Shown: positions 12,920 to 25,370 of the stretch, one piece after another
Layout of the letters: every line of letters begins with the position of its first letter
How positions within the stretch are numbered: position 1 is the stretch's first letter
Origin: Dimorphilus gyrociliatus
Taxonomy: Eukaryota > Animalia > Annelida
Direction: 5' to 3'
Length of the DNA stretch: 64,000 bases
Assembly (NCBI GenBank): GCA_904063045.1
Contig: CAJFCJ010000009.1
Span: 2,294,968-2,358,967, forward strand
Made by a program: the position numbers and the translations under genes
The notes under the pieces: generated by a model
Database searches by the model: none
The model's input: the letters and a program-made list of their open reading frames with translations, nothing else
What the model was told of the DNA's origin: nothing

Positions 12920-15900
12920 ATGGAACATATCAGAACACCGAAGGTAAGGTTAGACGTCTAGATTACACATCTGGAATGAAATTTACCACTAATTTATATA
13001 GTTAATAAAGAATGGGGTTAATAATGCGAATAGTATTATTAAGATGTAAAGTCGAGCAATGATCAATCTCGGTAATAAGATAATTTGTGTTAAAAACGCC
13101 CCCTAATTAGTATAACTACTTGACGAGACGACTGACAACAGATGGCAGTTTAACGCCATTGCAGATTACTTGCAGTCGCAACGACAAGAGTCATTCGATG
13201 AGTAGTAATCCGAAATCTGCTTTGAGTGAACTTATGAATAATGCCCACTTTCAAAGAGCCTTTAATGCAATAAAGCATGGTTCTTTACAAGACATTATAC
13301 CATTTCAAGATATTTGGATATTCGAAGATGGAACGCTTAAGGTTGAAAACTATATTTTGTCGTTAGTTTGCAACATTTTCAAAGTATAGATAGCGTATAA
13401 CTTTCCAAATAAATGGAAAGTTGCCTATATTCTTTAGAGAACTGTATTGTTTTTAGCAAGATGGGAACATACTAGAAACAATCTAATATTAAAAAACTGC
13501 GCACTCAGTTTAATTTACTTTTGCTGATTCCTAGTTTTTCTTATGTATTTCATATTTTATTTAAGTTAAACTAACAATTCTTATAAATATAAATAAAGAC
13601 AAAATTGTAAATGGGGAGAGAACGTTGAGAGAAGACAAAGAAAAACAATAAAGGAAATAGAATTGTCTTAATCGATATTTCATTTATATTGAAAATATTT
13701 ACATAAACATTCCTTCATTATTGACAGGTGGATAATGTAAAATTAATTGACGGTGTCAAGAATAAGAAGCAACAGGCAACTGTATCCGCCAAAGGTACTC
13801 TTTACCTGACAGCTACACATCTTATTTTTGTGGACTCTTCGGCGAAAAAAGAAATATGGGTATCTATACATGTTTCACTCTTTCACTCCTCTTAATGTAG
13901 CAGATAATAGGAAATCTTTGTAAACATTGACAAACCAAGTAAAAAAAGAATGTAATGTTTTTTTGTATATATATTACTGATAATTAATACCTTCCCCAGT
14001 ATTTTGCAAATATACTTTGCGGCTTTTCCTTTTAAGTGTATATCAGGTTTTATTTATATTGTTTCCAGTTATAAATCTGTATAGTAAGTTTTTATAGATA
14101 GAGAATATCTTTTTTATCATAATTACGTAATATCATTGAACTAACTAACGTTTATTTGCTATTTTTACCTCACAGATTTTGCATATGCATATTGGAAGTA
14201 TATGTAAGCAGCCCTTAAGTCCTAATGGATGTCCTCTAGTTATACGATGTAAAACTTTTCAAGTGGTTACTTTCATAATACCCAAGGAAAGGGATTGTCA
14301 CGATGTATACTCTTCTCTTCTTAAACTTTCTCAACCCGGTAAGCTTTTACGGAAAATAATTAAGTTAAAATCAATTAAATTAACGTCTATAAATCTTTCG
14401 AATCTTGAAAATAACAGCAAAATTCGATTTTTTTTGCTCGCCTTTTTCATCTAGTTTTATTATTCATACCTTTAATTCCCATTTATACAAACTGTATTAT
14501 CTACGTTTTCCCTCTTTCCACATAATGCTAAACTATTATGTGTATGTATGTATATCTAGATATATATATAGATTATAGTATTAAGTATTGATTAAAACAT
14601 CAAAACTATGCCTTTACCTTTCAACTTTATTCTGTAAGTCGAAAGAGAAGAAAGCAGAAAATTCTCACATTATACCTGTCTACGTGTAGTGTATTAATTG
14701 CTTTGATTAGAAATGGCTTTTTCCTTTTATGATTATGTAAAATTTGTTTATCCTGTTTTCGTTGCTATTATTCAAATTACTCCACCCTCGCTTTTTCTCT
14801 CCTTCTTTTCTCTTCTTTCTTTCTAATTCTCTCCAGCCTACTTCTAATCAATTTAATTATTTTGCTATTTATTTCATCGTGGCGCTAATAGACCAAAGAT
14901 CGAGCTAATAGTAAAAAACATAATAATAAAGAAATAGCTGTATTAATATAGTTTTACCTGTTTGTCTCGTTTTGTTTGCTTTCTTTAATAGAAGTTATTA
15001 GTAGTCAACTTATTCTTGTTTAATTAATTAAGATTATTCCTTTTGTCTTTTACTTTCAAGAAAATTATAACAAAATAAAAAAAAGCATAGAAGATCCTGA
15101 AGAGGATTTTAGTCTATTATTCTATTTGCATATCATATAAAGGTCTATAACTTGTGATTGTATGACTTGTTTTTTTTTGTTTATACAGCGGAATATTCTC
15201 AACTTTTTGCTTTTCATTTTACACCTTCTAACGACTTGGCTAACGAGAGTAAAGAGTCAAGTTGGGAAGTGTTCGATTTGGAGAAAGATTACGATCGTAT
15301 GGGTATTAAAGACTCAAATTGGTTTAGATATGACGTAAGTATTTATAATTAGAAAAATACAAAAGAAATGAGATTTTTCTCTTCCCTTTCTCCACCATTT
15401 CAATTTCTTAGCAATCTTACATAATTTAACATTTAGTCAAGCATTAATCCTATCTATTCCGGTTTCCGATAAGGAAAGATACTTAACGAAGAGAAAGTCA
15501 TTTCCCATTCTCCATTTACTTATTATTTTCTCGTTATACAGCAAACAATCAACTATGCATTATGCGACACTTATCCAAGATTTATATACATGCCAAAAGG
15601 AGTATCAAAAACTCTAATAACTGGAACATCAAAATTCAGAAGTAAAGGAAGACTTCCTGTACTCTCCTACCTACACGAAAAAAGTTCGGCAGCTATCTGT
15701 AGATGCGCACAACCATTATCCGGTCTAACAGCTCGTTGTAACGAAGATGAAGAATTTCTCCAATGTATTATTTCCTCAAATAAAAACTCCAGTTACATGT
15801 TTGTAGTAGACAATAGGCCTATGGTAAGAAAGACGCCATTTGAATTTTGTTTTTATTAAATATAATGATAAATTTTTTTAAAGATTAATGCGTTGGCCAA

Positions 15901-17804
15901 CCGCGCCAAGGGGAAAGGTTACGAGAACGAAAGCAATTATCAGAATATTAAATTTCATTTTGCTGGAATTGAAAATATACACGTAATGAGAAACTCATTG
16001 AATAACCTAAGGGAAGGTTTGTTTCAAAAATATTGAATTAATTTACAAAGTAACATCCTTAAATACCCTTTAGCTTGCGAAAAAAGAGACTTGTCGATGA
16101 CTAGTTGGATTAAAGCCTTGAAAGATAGCGGGTGGCTTAAGCACATAAAAGATATCTTGGATGCTGCTATCTTTGTTGTCGATGCTATAAAATCTGGAAC
16201 CAGCGTTTTAGTGCATTGTTCAGATGGCTGGGACAGAACTTCTCAAACAACGTCTTTAGCTAGTATTATGCTTGATCCATATTATAGAACAATAGAAGGA
16301 TTTCAAGTAAATATTCTTTCTTAGATCAACTCATTATATAAATAGACAATTTATATTATTAATGATAGATACTCATTCTAAAAGAGTGGCTCTCCTTTGG
16401 TCATAAATTCTCTGAAAGGTGCGGGCATTTATCAACAACAGACAGCAATGAGGTTTCGCCAGTGTTTTCCCAGTTCTTGGATTGCGTTTGGCAATTAACA
16501 CACCAATTTCCAAAAGCTTTTCAAGTAAGTGAAAGGAGAAGAGATGATTATTTCTCCATATTTAAAAATTGTATATAATAATTTAAATGATTTCCTACTA
16601 GTTTAACGAGCGTTTATTGTTCGAATTGCATGATCATATTTACTCATGTCAATTTGGGAATTTTATCGGAAATTGTGAAAAAGATCGATTAGATCTAAGA
16701 TTAAGAGAGAACACATATTCTTTATGGAGTGAATTACGTGGAAAGTTTAACGATTTTCTAAATCCCTTTTATGAGAGAGACGAAGAAAGTCATACGGATC
16801 TGAGAATATTGAAACCTGATACATCACCTTCTCTAATCAGGTCAGTAGGCAAATGGAAAACATATTTTTTTACTGTCATGATACCAATCAGAAAGATGAT
16901 ACATTTCTATTAAAAGGTTTTGGAGAAGCATGTACCAAAGATGGGATTTTGGTATTCAACCTAGAGAAAATGTCGCTGATACTGTTAATGCTCTGAAGGA
17001 ACATATATTCTCTTTAAAGGTTATTGACTTTCTAATTTCGTATTGTGTAATCTATAAAATGGATTTATCCTGATTTCTATAGGAGCATACAAAGCTATTG
17101 GAAACTAGAATAGGAACTCTATGTAATTTATTAAATAAAGAGGAAGAGAAGATAAAGGATTCAATATCAATGATTTCCTCGTCGGAGTCTATGGATTTTA
17201 GTACCTTACAGGTTCGATTTATCAGTCTAAGATGATGTATTGATTCTTTTGTTTCGAAAACAAATAATAATTTTCTTTAATAGATATTGGACGAGTCTAT
17301 ATCTGGTCCAGCTACCCCTTCCTTAACTAGTCCAGATGAAAGTGAATCCGGTTTTGAAGAATCTTCTTTCATCCATTCATCGTCTTTAGAATGCTTACAA
17401 GTAATTATTACATATACAGCATATATATATATATAACTATCCATGGTATATCTAATGATTTACATCTTTAAAGGTAGGGAACTTAATTAACGAATTGCGA
17501 TCTGTTGCTGTCGATTGGAGGTCATTAAGAAGTACTCAATGTTTCAGCTGTACGGCTCCTCTTTATCATAATAATAAAAAGGTTAGATAGATATACTAAT
17601 TTATTTCTCAATATGTAGAAAACGTTCTTTACATCTTTTTAGAATCATTGCTGGCGATGCGGTAGTTTATTCTGTGAGCGTTGCATTGGCAGAGCTCATT
17701 CACTTCCAGGTCACATACGACCGATTGCAGTACCAGTTTGTAAAACCTGTTCAAGACAATTAGGCCAAGCGAAAACTCTAAGTGAATCATCTTCAATGGG
17801 ATAA
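12920..17804 (+). CDS. MTMR6: Myotubularin-related phosphoinositide 3-phosphatase (MTMR6/7/8 class) with C-terminal FYVE domain
   Basis: N-terminus MEHIRTPK|VDNVKL; PH-GRAM segment; catalytic HCSDGWDRT; '[13 protein letters not shown]'-type segment; terminal FYVE-like 'VDW..C..C..KKNHCWRCG..FCERC..VCKTC'. Assignment among MTMR6/7/8 is not resolvable. Confidence 0.92.
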
Positions 17805-18114
17805 AAAGAACAATAAAAAAGTATTGTTAGATAAAGATCAATAAGTTTTCAACTATATATTGTATTCTTTGACCTTGTCTTCTCTCCTTCTACTCTTTCT
17901 TCTTCTCCTCTTCTTCCTTTCAATTCGTTTGTTTCGTTTTAAAGTGTTTGTTGTATATTTTACGTTGTAAAAATTTGTTAATTTGTTAACTGTAAAATAT
18001 TGCTATTTGTCAAAAAGGTCACATTAGATCAATGGATATTTTGATACTGATACAGTTTATTCTATACCCTTTGCAGAATGATTTTAGAAAGAATACAAAG
18101 CAATATTTAAAGTT

Positions 18115-19086
18115 TTATAATGAAATATTAGCATCATTTTCGTATTTAGACAATTCGCGAATTGTTACATTACTTCCTGAACATACAACAACTACATTAC
18201 TATCCTTCGTTAAATTAGGAATTTTATTACTTTGAAGAGCTGCAATGCCTACAGATCCAGATGCTTCAACCTTTAATCCACTCTTAAACAAGTCTAAAAC
18301 CGCTTTACGTATCTCGTCCTCGTTGACGAGAACAATCTCTTCTACGGCTTTGGAGATGATCTGAAATGGTATTAGTCCAGCATTTGGCGGCATTAGTCCG
18401 GCAGCAATGGTAGGTGGATTGTTCCTATTTAAAGTTTGGGGTTCACCTTTTCGCAGAGATTCGTACATTGTTGATGCATTGACTGGCTCGACCCCGAATA
18501 CTCTAACGGAAGGTTTAATTAATTGAAATGTAGCTGCAACTCCTGCAAGAGCCCCGCCTCCGCCACAGGGTACTATTACGACGTCGACCTCGGGGTAATC
18601 TTCCATTATTTCCAGGGCTATTCCACCGTATCCAGCTAATAGTCGTCTATCATCATAGGATGGCAAATAAACTGCATTCGACGTGTGAACAAGGTCTTGA
18701 ACGGCTCCTTCAAGTTCTGATGTTTTACGCGTTTCAACTGGAACGCCTTTTGACCTGATATACTCCATGCGTTCCTTCGGGGCCGTTTCTGGCATAAATA
18801 AAATGCCCTTTCCTTTCTTCAGCTCAAGCATTCTAGCAAATGCTCTTCCATAGTTGCCGGCTGACATGGATGTATAAGTTAAGTTGGGGTCGCAATCCAT
18901 CATTTGATTGGATACTCCTCGTAATTTATAAGACCCTTCATACTGTAGACTCTCCATTTTACAGTGAACCGTGTTCGATAGCCCTGGAACAAGCTGCTGA
19001 ATATGTTTGAAGAGGGGAGTTCGTCTGACGAACCCCTCTGTGATAGTTCTTTGATAGCATCGTTTTATTTCATCTAATTCAAGCAT
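18115..19086 (-). CDS. PLP-dependent fold-type II serine/threonine dehydratase (serine racemase superfamily), intronless
   Basis: 'RRTPL', PLP lysine motif 'GSYKLRG', 'SAGNYG', phosphate loop 'PCGGGGALAG', 'VFGVEP', 'SGSN'. Single 323-aa ORF. Confidence 0.92.
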   Translation of the reverse strand: MLELDEIKRCYQRTITEGFVRRTPLFKHIQQLVPGLSNTVHCKMESLQYEGSYKLRGVSNQMMDCDPNLTYTSMSAGNYGRAFARMLELKKGKGILFMPETAPKERMEYIRSKGVPVETRKTSELEGAVQDLVHTSNAVYLPSYDDRRLLAGYGGIALEIMEDYPEVDVVIVPCGGGGALAGVAATFQLIKPSVRVFGVEPVNASTMYESLRKGEPQTLNRNNPPTIAAGLMPPNAGLIPFQIISKAVEEIVLVNEDEIRKAVLDLFKSGLKVEASGSVGIAALQSNKIPNLTKDSNVVVVCSGSNVTIRELSKYENDANISL

Positions 19087-19819
19087 ATTGTCCTGAAAGC
19101 ACTTTAAGAGGTCAAAGTGCTTTCAACCAGATGTCGCTAGTTATAGCTTGACACAAATTTATTTTATTTTCCTCTTAGTCGTCTCCTTCACTAAGAACTA
19201 GGATAACAATATTATACTTCTAGGCCTGTATTATTCCACATTTCAACGATTGGTTTAGAATTCAGCTGAGACCAAGCGAAACGCGTTACAGACGCATTAG
19301 ACGCCCGACGGCTAAGGGGCAAATAATGAAGAAATTTTCCGCCCAATTCCTATTGATAACTACAAAAGAAACTGTATATTAATTAAAAAGCCGAGTTTAA
19401 AACCCCTTAGAATTAGGGTTAATCCAAAACTATTCTAAGAGAGAAGAGGAAATAAAATAGGCCAAGGCAGATTTCTCGCCTTACGCTTCGTAATTTGTTA
19501 AGCGTAATTAAACGAAAATTTATTACTCTATTCCAACGTTTCCTATCCACTGTAATTGTTCCATCAAAGAGAAATAAAGAAAAGAAATGCATTGAATCAC
19601 TGAATATTCGTTGAGAAGAAAAATCATTTTCCTCATAAAGACTTTGTCATTTAATGCATCATTTAATAAGCAACATGCTATTTGTAATATTATCATATTT
19701 CATAAATATGTTTTTTTTTCTCTTCTTTCTAGTAAAATTAACAAATCCGCGGGAACGCCACCTAGACGGCCGATGCTACCGCAGTCAGACAACAACGATA
19801 TGTTGGGCGAATATAAGTA

Positions 19820-20137
19820 ATGACTCGCCTTCCTCCTTCTTCCATACATTTTATGGACGCTTCAAAAGAACCTGGATTATTATCACCATCCTCATACGAA
19901 AGGGATGTTATCGAGGCGTTCTCCACTAAAAGTGATAACCTTAAAGTTCAAGTGGTTGAGAAAGGTGGCTTATTATATACCTTGAATAATTCGACTTTAG
20001 ACTTGTGCAGAACTTTGGAGGAGAGAGGTTATTTGGCCAAAGTCAAGGTCGATATTATCCGTTGTTCTGATGTTCCTACTCCACTACTAAGTTTGATGAA
20101 TCCACCAACTGGGGAGACGCTAATATCAAAGCGTTAG
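19820..20137 (+). CDS. Hypothetical protein (probably one exon of a spliced gene)
   Basis: 105-aa ORF with globular-protein-like composition, preceded by a strong acceptor (ttctag ~19732) and containing plausible donors (20091, 20133). No family recognised. Confidence 0.5.
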   Translation: MTRLPPSSIHFMDASKEPGLLSPSSYERDVIEAFSTKSDNLKVQVVEKGGLLYTLNNSTLDLCRTLEERGYLAKVKVDIIRCSDVPTPLLSLMNPPTGETLISKR

Positions 20138-20683
20138 TAATTTTTTTCCCTAGTCTACCGACAAGTAAGCTTTTTATATAAAAAATGAAATAGAATTATG
20201 GTCAAGTATCTCTATTAAAAAGACGTCGTCAACTTTTTTCGAGTAGACGCTCGCTTGGAAATTCTATTAATACCTGTTTAAAGGAAAAAGAATTAAGCCC
20301 TATTGTCAACGAAGAGGGGAAATAGCTAGTCCCCCTTTTAGCTTGCCCCTTACCCTACAGACAACTACCTCTTCCCCTTCCTTCTCCCACTCCTCTTAAT
20401 ATTTTGACGCCTTCAGTTTTTTTTTTTTTTTGATACTCAACGCTTCCCTTCCCGCCAATTGCAAATTCACGACCTGTTAGGCGACAGTAGGTCATTTAGA
20501 AAAGGTTTTTTTTTCGAGGTATAGATAATCTGTAATCCGTAGAGAGTAATAAATTATCGTTCAATTACGCGTCGGCTGACGTTGAAATCGATCGGTTGAA
20601 ATAAACGCTATAATGTTTATACGGAGCGATTGAGCGAGGTTGTTGATAAATAATTATACGATTATTCGATGACTAATCAATAG

Positions 20684-21170
20684 GAAGCGCTCGTTTAACG
20701 TCCCTAATCGATTTGCCTAATAGTCTCCATCAAATATGTCAGTTCGCGCACCTAGCTGAACCATTCTTAACCCTCAGGGTTATTTTTACAAAAGTTCCAT
20801 TTCATTGTAGCTAAACAGTATAAGGGTGCGGCGCCCAAGGGATATCATCGTGTACCGAAAGACGATGAAAAGGAAGACGCAGGTGATGATAATGAAAATG
20901 AAGATGACGACGACAACGACGACGACGACGATGATGATGATGACAGTGATGGCAGCTTTACCATATCCGATTCGGAAGCGGGTAAGAGCAACCATTGAAA
21001 TTAGATAGTTAAAACGATTAATATCAGAAAAAGAGAGAGAAAGAGAATAATGACGATCCATTCTATAAGTCATTCTGTCTTTTGTTTTCGCAGAATTCGA
21101 AGATTCAGATTTCAACGGAGAATTATCAACTGGGGAAGACAATGGAAGCGAAAACGATTCCTTACTATGA
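20684..21170 (+). CDS. 3' exons of an unidentified gene with a long acidic tail ending ENDSLL*
   Basis: Exon 20811-20981 (KQYKGAAPKGYHRVPKDDE..DDDD..SDSEA) and exon 21094-21170 join in phase across canonical splice sites. A tentative exon lies at 20684-20737. The ORF track shows only the wrong frames. Confidence 0.6.
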
Positions 21171-21311
21171 AAAAGAGATATTAACAAAATCAGACGATAT
21201 TCGAACAAACTTCTTTCCATATTTTTTAACTTGTTTTTCGGTTTTTTGTTTTTTCTCTTTTTTCTATTTTTTTTTCAAAGGAGAAAAAAAGAAATTTCCC
21301 CTTACCTCCCC

Positions 21312-21344
21312 AGAAAAGAAAGAGAGAAAGAGAGAAAGAAAGAG

Positions 21345-21390
<46 letters not shown>
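21312..21390. repeat. Compound (GAAA)n/(GA)n microsatellite
   Basis: Directly visible purine-only tandem repeat. Confidence 0.95.
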
Positions 21391-21391
<1 letters not shown>

Positions 21392-21877
21392 ACTTTAAGA
21401 TGAATTTTACGCGTCTTCCTTCTCACATACTCCTTCCCAACATTGCTATTTAATATAACAGATAAACTAAGAAGAAGCATGAACCAGATATATATATATA
21501 AATACGATATTTGTTCATTAATGAAATACAAAAAGACAAAAAACACAATTCAAATAACTGATAAATATTTTAAAAATTCACATATTCTCTCTTCTTATCT
21601 TTCGATAGGCCTACATAAATAGAATTTAATAAAAAAAAAGCAAAAAAAAAAATACTGAAACACCAATTATACGTCTTATCGCGAAGGAAGAGAAACGAAA
21701 TAAATGATAGGATGGGAATTGACGGGTGTTTTTTTTTCTTTTAGTAACACGTAAGAAAAATTATAACTGGAAAGAAGTTGAAGAAGACAGCAAATTCTTG
21801 TTTTTCTTTTTCTTTCAAGACCGTTTAGACTGTGTGTAATAAAGGAGAAAAAATTGGGAAAATATCTGGAAAGAAAA

Positions 21878-22977
21878 ATGGAGTCTTTAGTTATATTACT
21901 AATTTTTATTCAGTTTATATCGTTAAGTTATGGAAGGATTTGTAGTCCTGCGAAATTTAATTCGGATGTTGCAGATATGTATTTTGCTGGAAATGCACAA
22001 GAAGGAGCTGACCAGGCCATTTTTTCGTATAGAGGAAAATTAGTTTACGATTACCTAGAAAAACGTTGGGCGTTCGATAGATTCGACATTAGGAACGCGT
22101 CTAATAACCTTCGAATAGTCGTCGATCATGGTAAAGATAGAATGTTCGTTAAAACTGAAACGTATTGCGTCGTTAGTCCCGTTGGCGATGTTAAAATGTA
22201 TCCAGCCTGTCTTCCCGGTATGAGACGTATTGAATTGTTTTAATTTCTTTTATTAGAGACTTTCTGCATTTCCTAACCATTTTAATCAATTAATTAACTG
22301 TAACATAGATAATGCCACTAATCACGGACCTTATTCGTACGCAACTGGAGAACATAAAATTAACTTTGACTATTATTCTTACGATCTTATGGGATTCCCA
22401 GTCAGATTTCTGTTTAAGGTTAATGCTATGGATAGTAGTTTCATGCAAGATACATCTTTCGGGACCGTTCCTAATAGTTTGTATATTTTTGTTTTCATTT
22501 AATTAAGATTAACTATATGAATCTCTTTGAACTATTGAAAAATTTACAGACTATCTGATTTACGAGGGTGAAAGTCCTTGTATACCTTGGGAATATCCTA
22601 CAAGGGCTAAAACTGGGGATTGTTGGAAAAGCCATTTCAAGAAGCAAAGATCCATTTTTGGATCAACACTAAGTAAATTATCAACCATATAAATGAAAAT
22701 TTTTAATTAAAATTTCTTAATCTTATCTTATAAAATAAAGCTGGACAGTTAGCGAATCTCAGATATACTAATACAAAATATGGCATTAAAGGAGTTGAAG
22801 ACTTTTTTGATCTACCAGACGGTTGCGAAGTAGTTGAAGAATGGGTAAGAATTCTCAATCGATTATATAAATACAGGGGGGTGTTATTAATGCTATGTTC
22901 CGTCCAAATTTCAGGGTAATAGGGTGAAATTTACGAGCATCGAGAGGTTCCTGTTGATGCGCTTTAAAGAAGACTAA
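21878..22977 (+). CDS. Ependymin-related (EPDR) secreted/lysosomal protein
   Basis: Signal peptide MESLVILLIFIQFISLSYG followed by 'ICSPAKF', 'LVYDY', 'YC', 'CLP', 'PCIP', and C-terminal 'YTNTKYGIKG..FFDLPDGC'. This is the ependymin cysteine/proline pattern, spread over 5 inferred exons. Confidence 0.78.
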
Positions 22978-23289
22978 CCCGTCTAGCTGCTTTTCTCTGT
23001 CGCTGATTCCTTTATTTCCCTCTCCTTATTCCTCCTACTGCTATTAAACCATACATTAACTTTTCTTTCGTATTTTTTAACAATTATTCACGTGATAATA
23101 GAATTAATAGTAGATATAATTCTTTTTTGTTATTTGTTGTCGCTTTGTCTAGATTCAATAGTCCTCTACATAGTTCATCGAATATAAATATAATATATAT
23201 TGTATATTATACAAGGGAATCATTACGTTAACTTGTTAATTAGTAAATGGTAGTTCGTCTACTTTTCTTTTATTATTCAAGTGTTCATA

Positions 23290-23740
23290 CTAATGAGGAA
23301 AGAAGGCTAGCAAGAAAATAGACAATAGATAGAGCAATACACCATAGGAGACCATTAAGAGAGAGAGAGAAAGGCCAATACCAACTATTTCAACTGTAAA
23401 TAATTCTGTCATTAAATCTTTTTTATTTAACGGTTCAGGCCTTTGAAATAAAGAAAGGAAAATGGAAAATGGATTGTTCTGACTAAGTTTCCCATATTTT
23501 TCACTCTCTCCAAATATCATGTAAGCTTAGATTTTGTCCTCACTTTATACTCTCTTCATCATTTTCTCCCTTTGTCTAGAGATTAACAATCAATGATTGC
23601 CTTCCCCAGTATGGAGCCACCATTTTCATTTCTTTAATTAAAGATAACAACAATATCTATAGAAAATTTACTGTTGTCGATTCTTCTTATTCCCCTTCTC
23701 TTTTTCGTCTGGTCTTCTTCCAGCATTCTCCTCCTCCTCC
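23290..23740 (-). CDS. Possible small spliced gene with a C-terminal hydrophobic/TM segment
   Basis: Exons TKGENDEESIK|PEPLNKKDLMTELFTVEIVGIGLSLSLLMVSYGVLLYLLSIFLLAFFPH* join in phase at canonical sites. The upstream exon is ambiguous. Confidence 0.3.
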
Positions 23741-25370
23741 TCATAAAAGTTCTTTTTTCAAGAAAATGATTTATCAATTATAATCCTCTATTATCGATTT
23801 AGAATTTTTTTGTTCTCTTTTTTTTTTATATAGAAAAAATGCATTAAATTGGATCGAAATTTTGACTTCTATACAGAATTTCAAGGTAAATACCAAATAG
23901 AATTCTCTTAATTTGTATTCTATTGACTTTTTTAACACGGAACGTAAATAAATATGGAATAAGCAACAGTAAAAATTTGGTTTAGTTCAGTACCGCATTA
24001 AATGTACGCCAAGCTTTTAAAGCACACGAAAATCGTGTTATATAACATTTATGTTTAGTCTATGAGCTTTGTATAGGCCATTAGTAGAATGAGAATAGAG
24101 AAATGTCGAATGTTAAGAGGAATAGGTCTTTGCGTGCATTTTTATATATTAGAAAATAAAGAAAGGAAGAGAATGGAGACAACTTAACCAAACACCCTTT
24201 CCTAAGTCTCTATCTCTCACTTTTCGTTTATGGAAGTAACCTTATAACTTAGGGATTTTTTTTATGATCTATCGGGTAAAATATTTATACAGCATTATAA
24301 TCTCAAGGATGAAAATTTTAAATTCTATTCAAACTATTGAAAGAGAATATGATTATTCGATCGTTCTCTTGCGAGATATTTAACCAATTCACAAATTTCG
24401 ACAATTGTTCTACAACCTTTTTTATGTTCCATCAAGCGCCATCTATTATAAAACTTTAAGCGGCAGGAGGGAAAAACAGCTTCAGCAGTCATATTTAATT
24501 AATTTTTCTTTAAATCATAAGCATTTATTGTTTAAGTATATACAATATTAATATGAAAAATATGTTATTTCTCATTAACTTTTCTCCCGAACAGTTTCGA
24601 AGCTTTTTATAAACGAAAAAAATTCGTTTAAAATTATGATTTTTAAAAAAATGACTTTTTATTAATTTAATAAAAAAAAAGAATAAAAAGAATAAATTAC
24701 TGAAATTTGATAAATTCTACTAAAAATTTATGTATAGCTTTTTTTTTCTTTATTCTATCCGCCATATTAGGTCTTTAAGGTATATTTGGGTTACACTAAT
24801 TATGGCAATTTGTCATATAAACAAAGGCGATATACTGAAATGGTCTCCGCAACCCAAATTAGCCCAAATAAGTTTTTTTTTGTTTCAAAAAAGCGTGCCA
24901 TTGCTTCTTTGGTCTACCACTTCTTAGCTTCTTCAGGTTTACAGATTATCGAAGAATCTGCAAGTTTATTACGATATTTGAAGTAATTTATATCAATTAT
25001 ATTTTACTAATACTAATAATAACCAATAATTAGCGGTATACTAGCAGCACCTTAACAAAAAGTGAATTAAAGAACGTTTTTCCCCCTTCTAGACATTATA
25101 CTCAGACTTTTTTTTCTGTTTCTATTCAAAGATATTAACTACGAAATTTTTAGTTCTATTAGACACTAAATGAATTATTTAACTGTCTATACGACGATTC
25201 TTCTATTTCTTCTTAATTATTTATATGTATAACAAAAGGATAACATTAAAATTATAATTGTCATAAATTACATTCGCTTAGTTACACTATTTGAAAAGGG
25301 AATAGAATTTTTGTATTTTTATTTAAAGTTAATTTGTAAATTATTCATATAAATATAAATATTTTCAGAT

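Noticed and set aside
19818-19822. TAATG stop-start overlap read as bacterial-style translational coupling or an operon
   Set aside because: The DNA is eukaryotic and spliced. It is kept only as a possible uORF.
20786-21546. ORFs 20786-21220(-), 20826-21008(+), 21082-21453(+) and 21226-21546(-)
   Set aside because: Wrong-frame or antisense readings of the GAC/GAT acidic exon and the GA microsatellite.
24730-24986. Two short overlapping ORFs upstream of innexin
   Set aside because: No motif or consistent splice model; likely UTR or intergenic.
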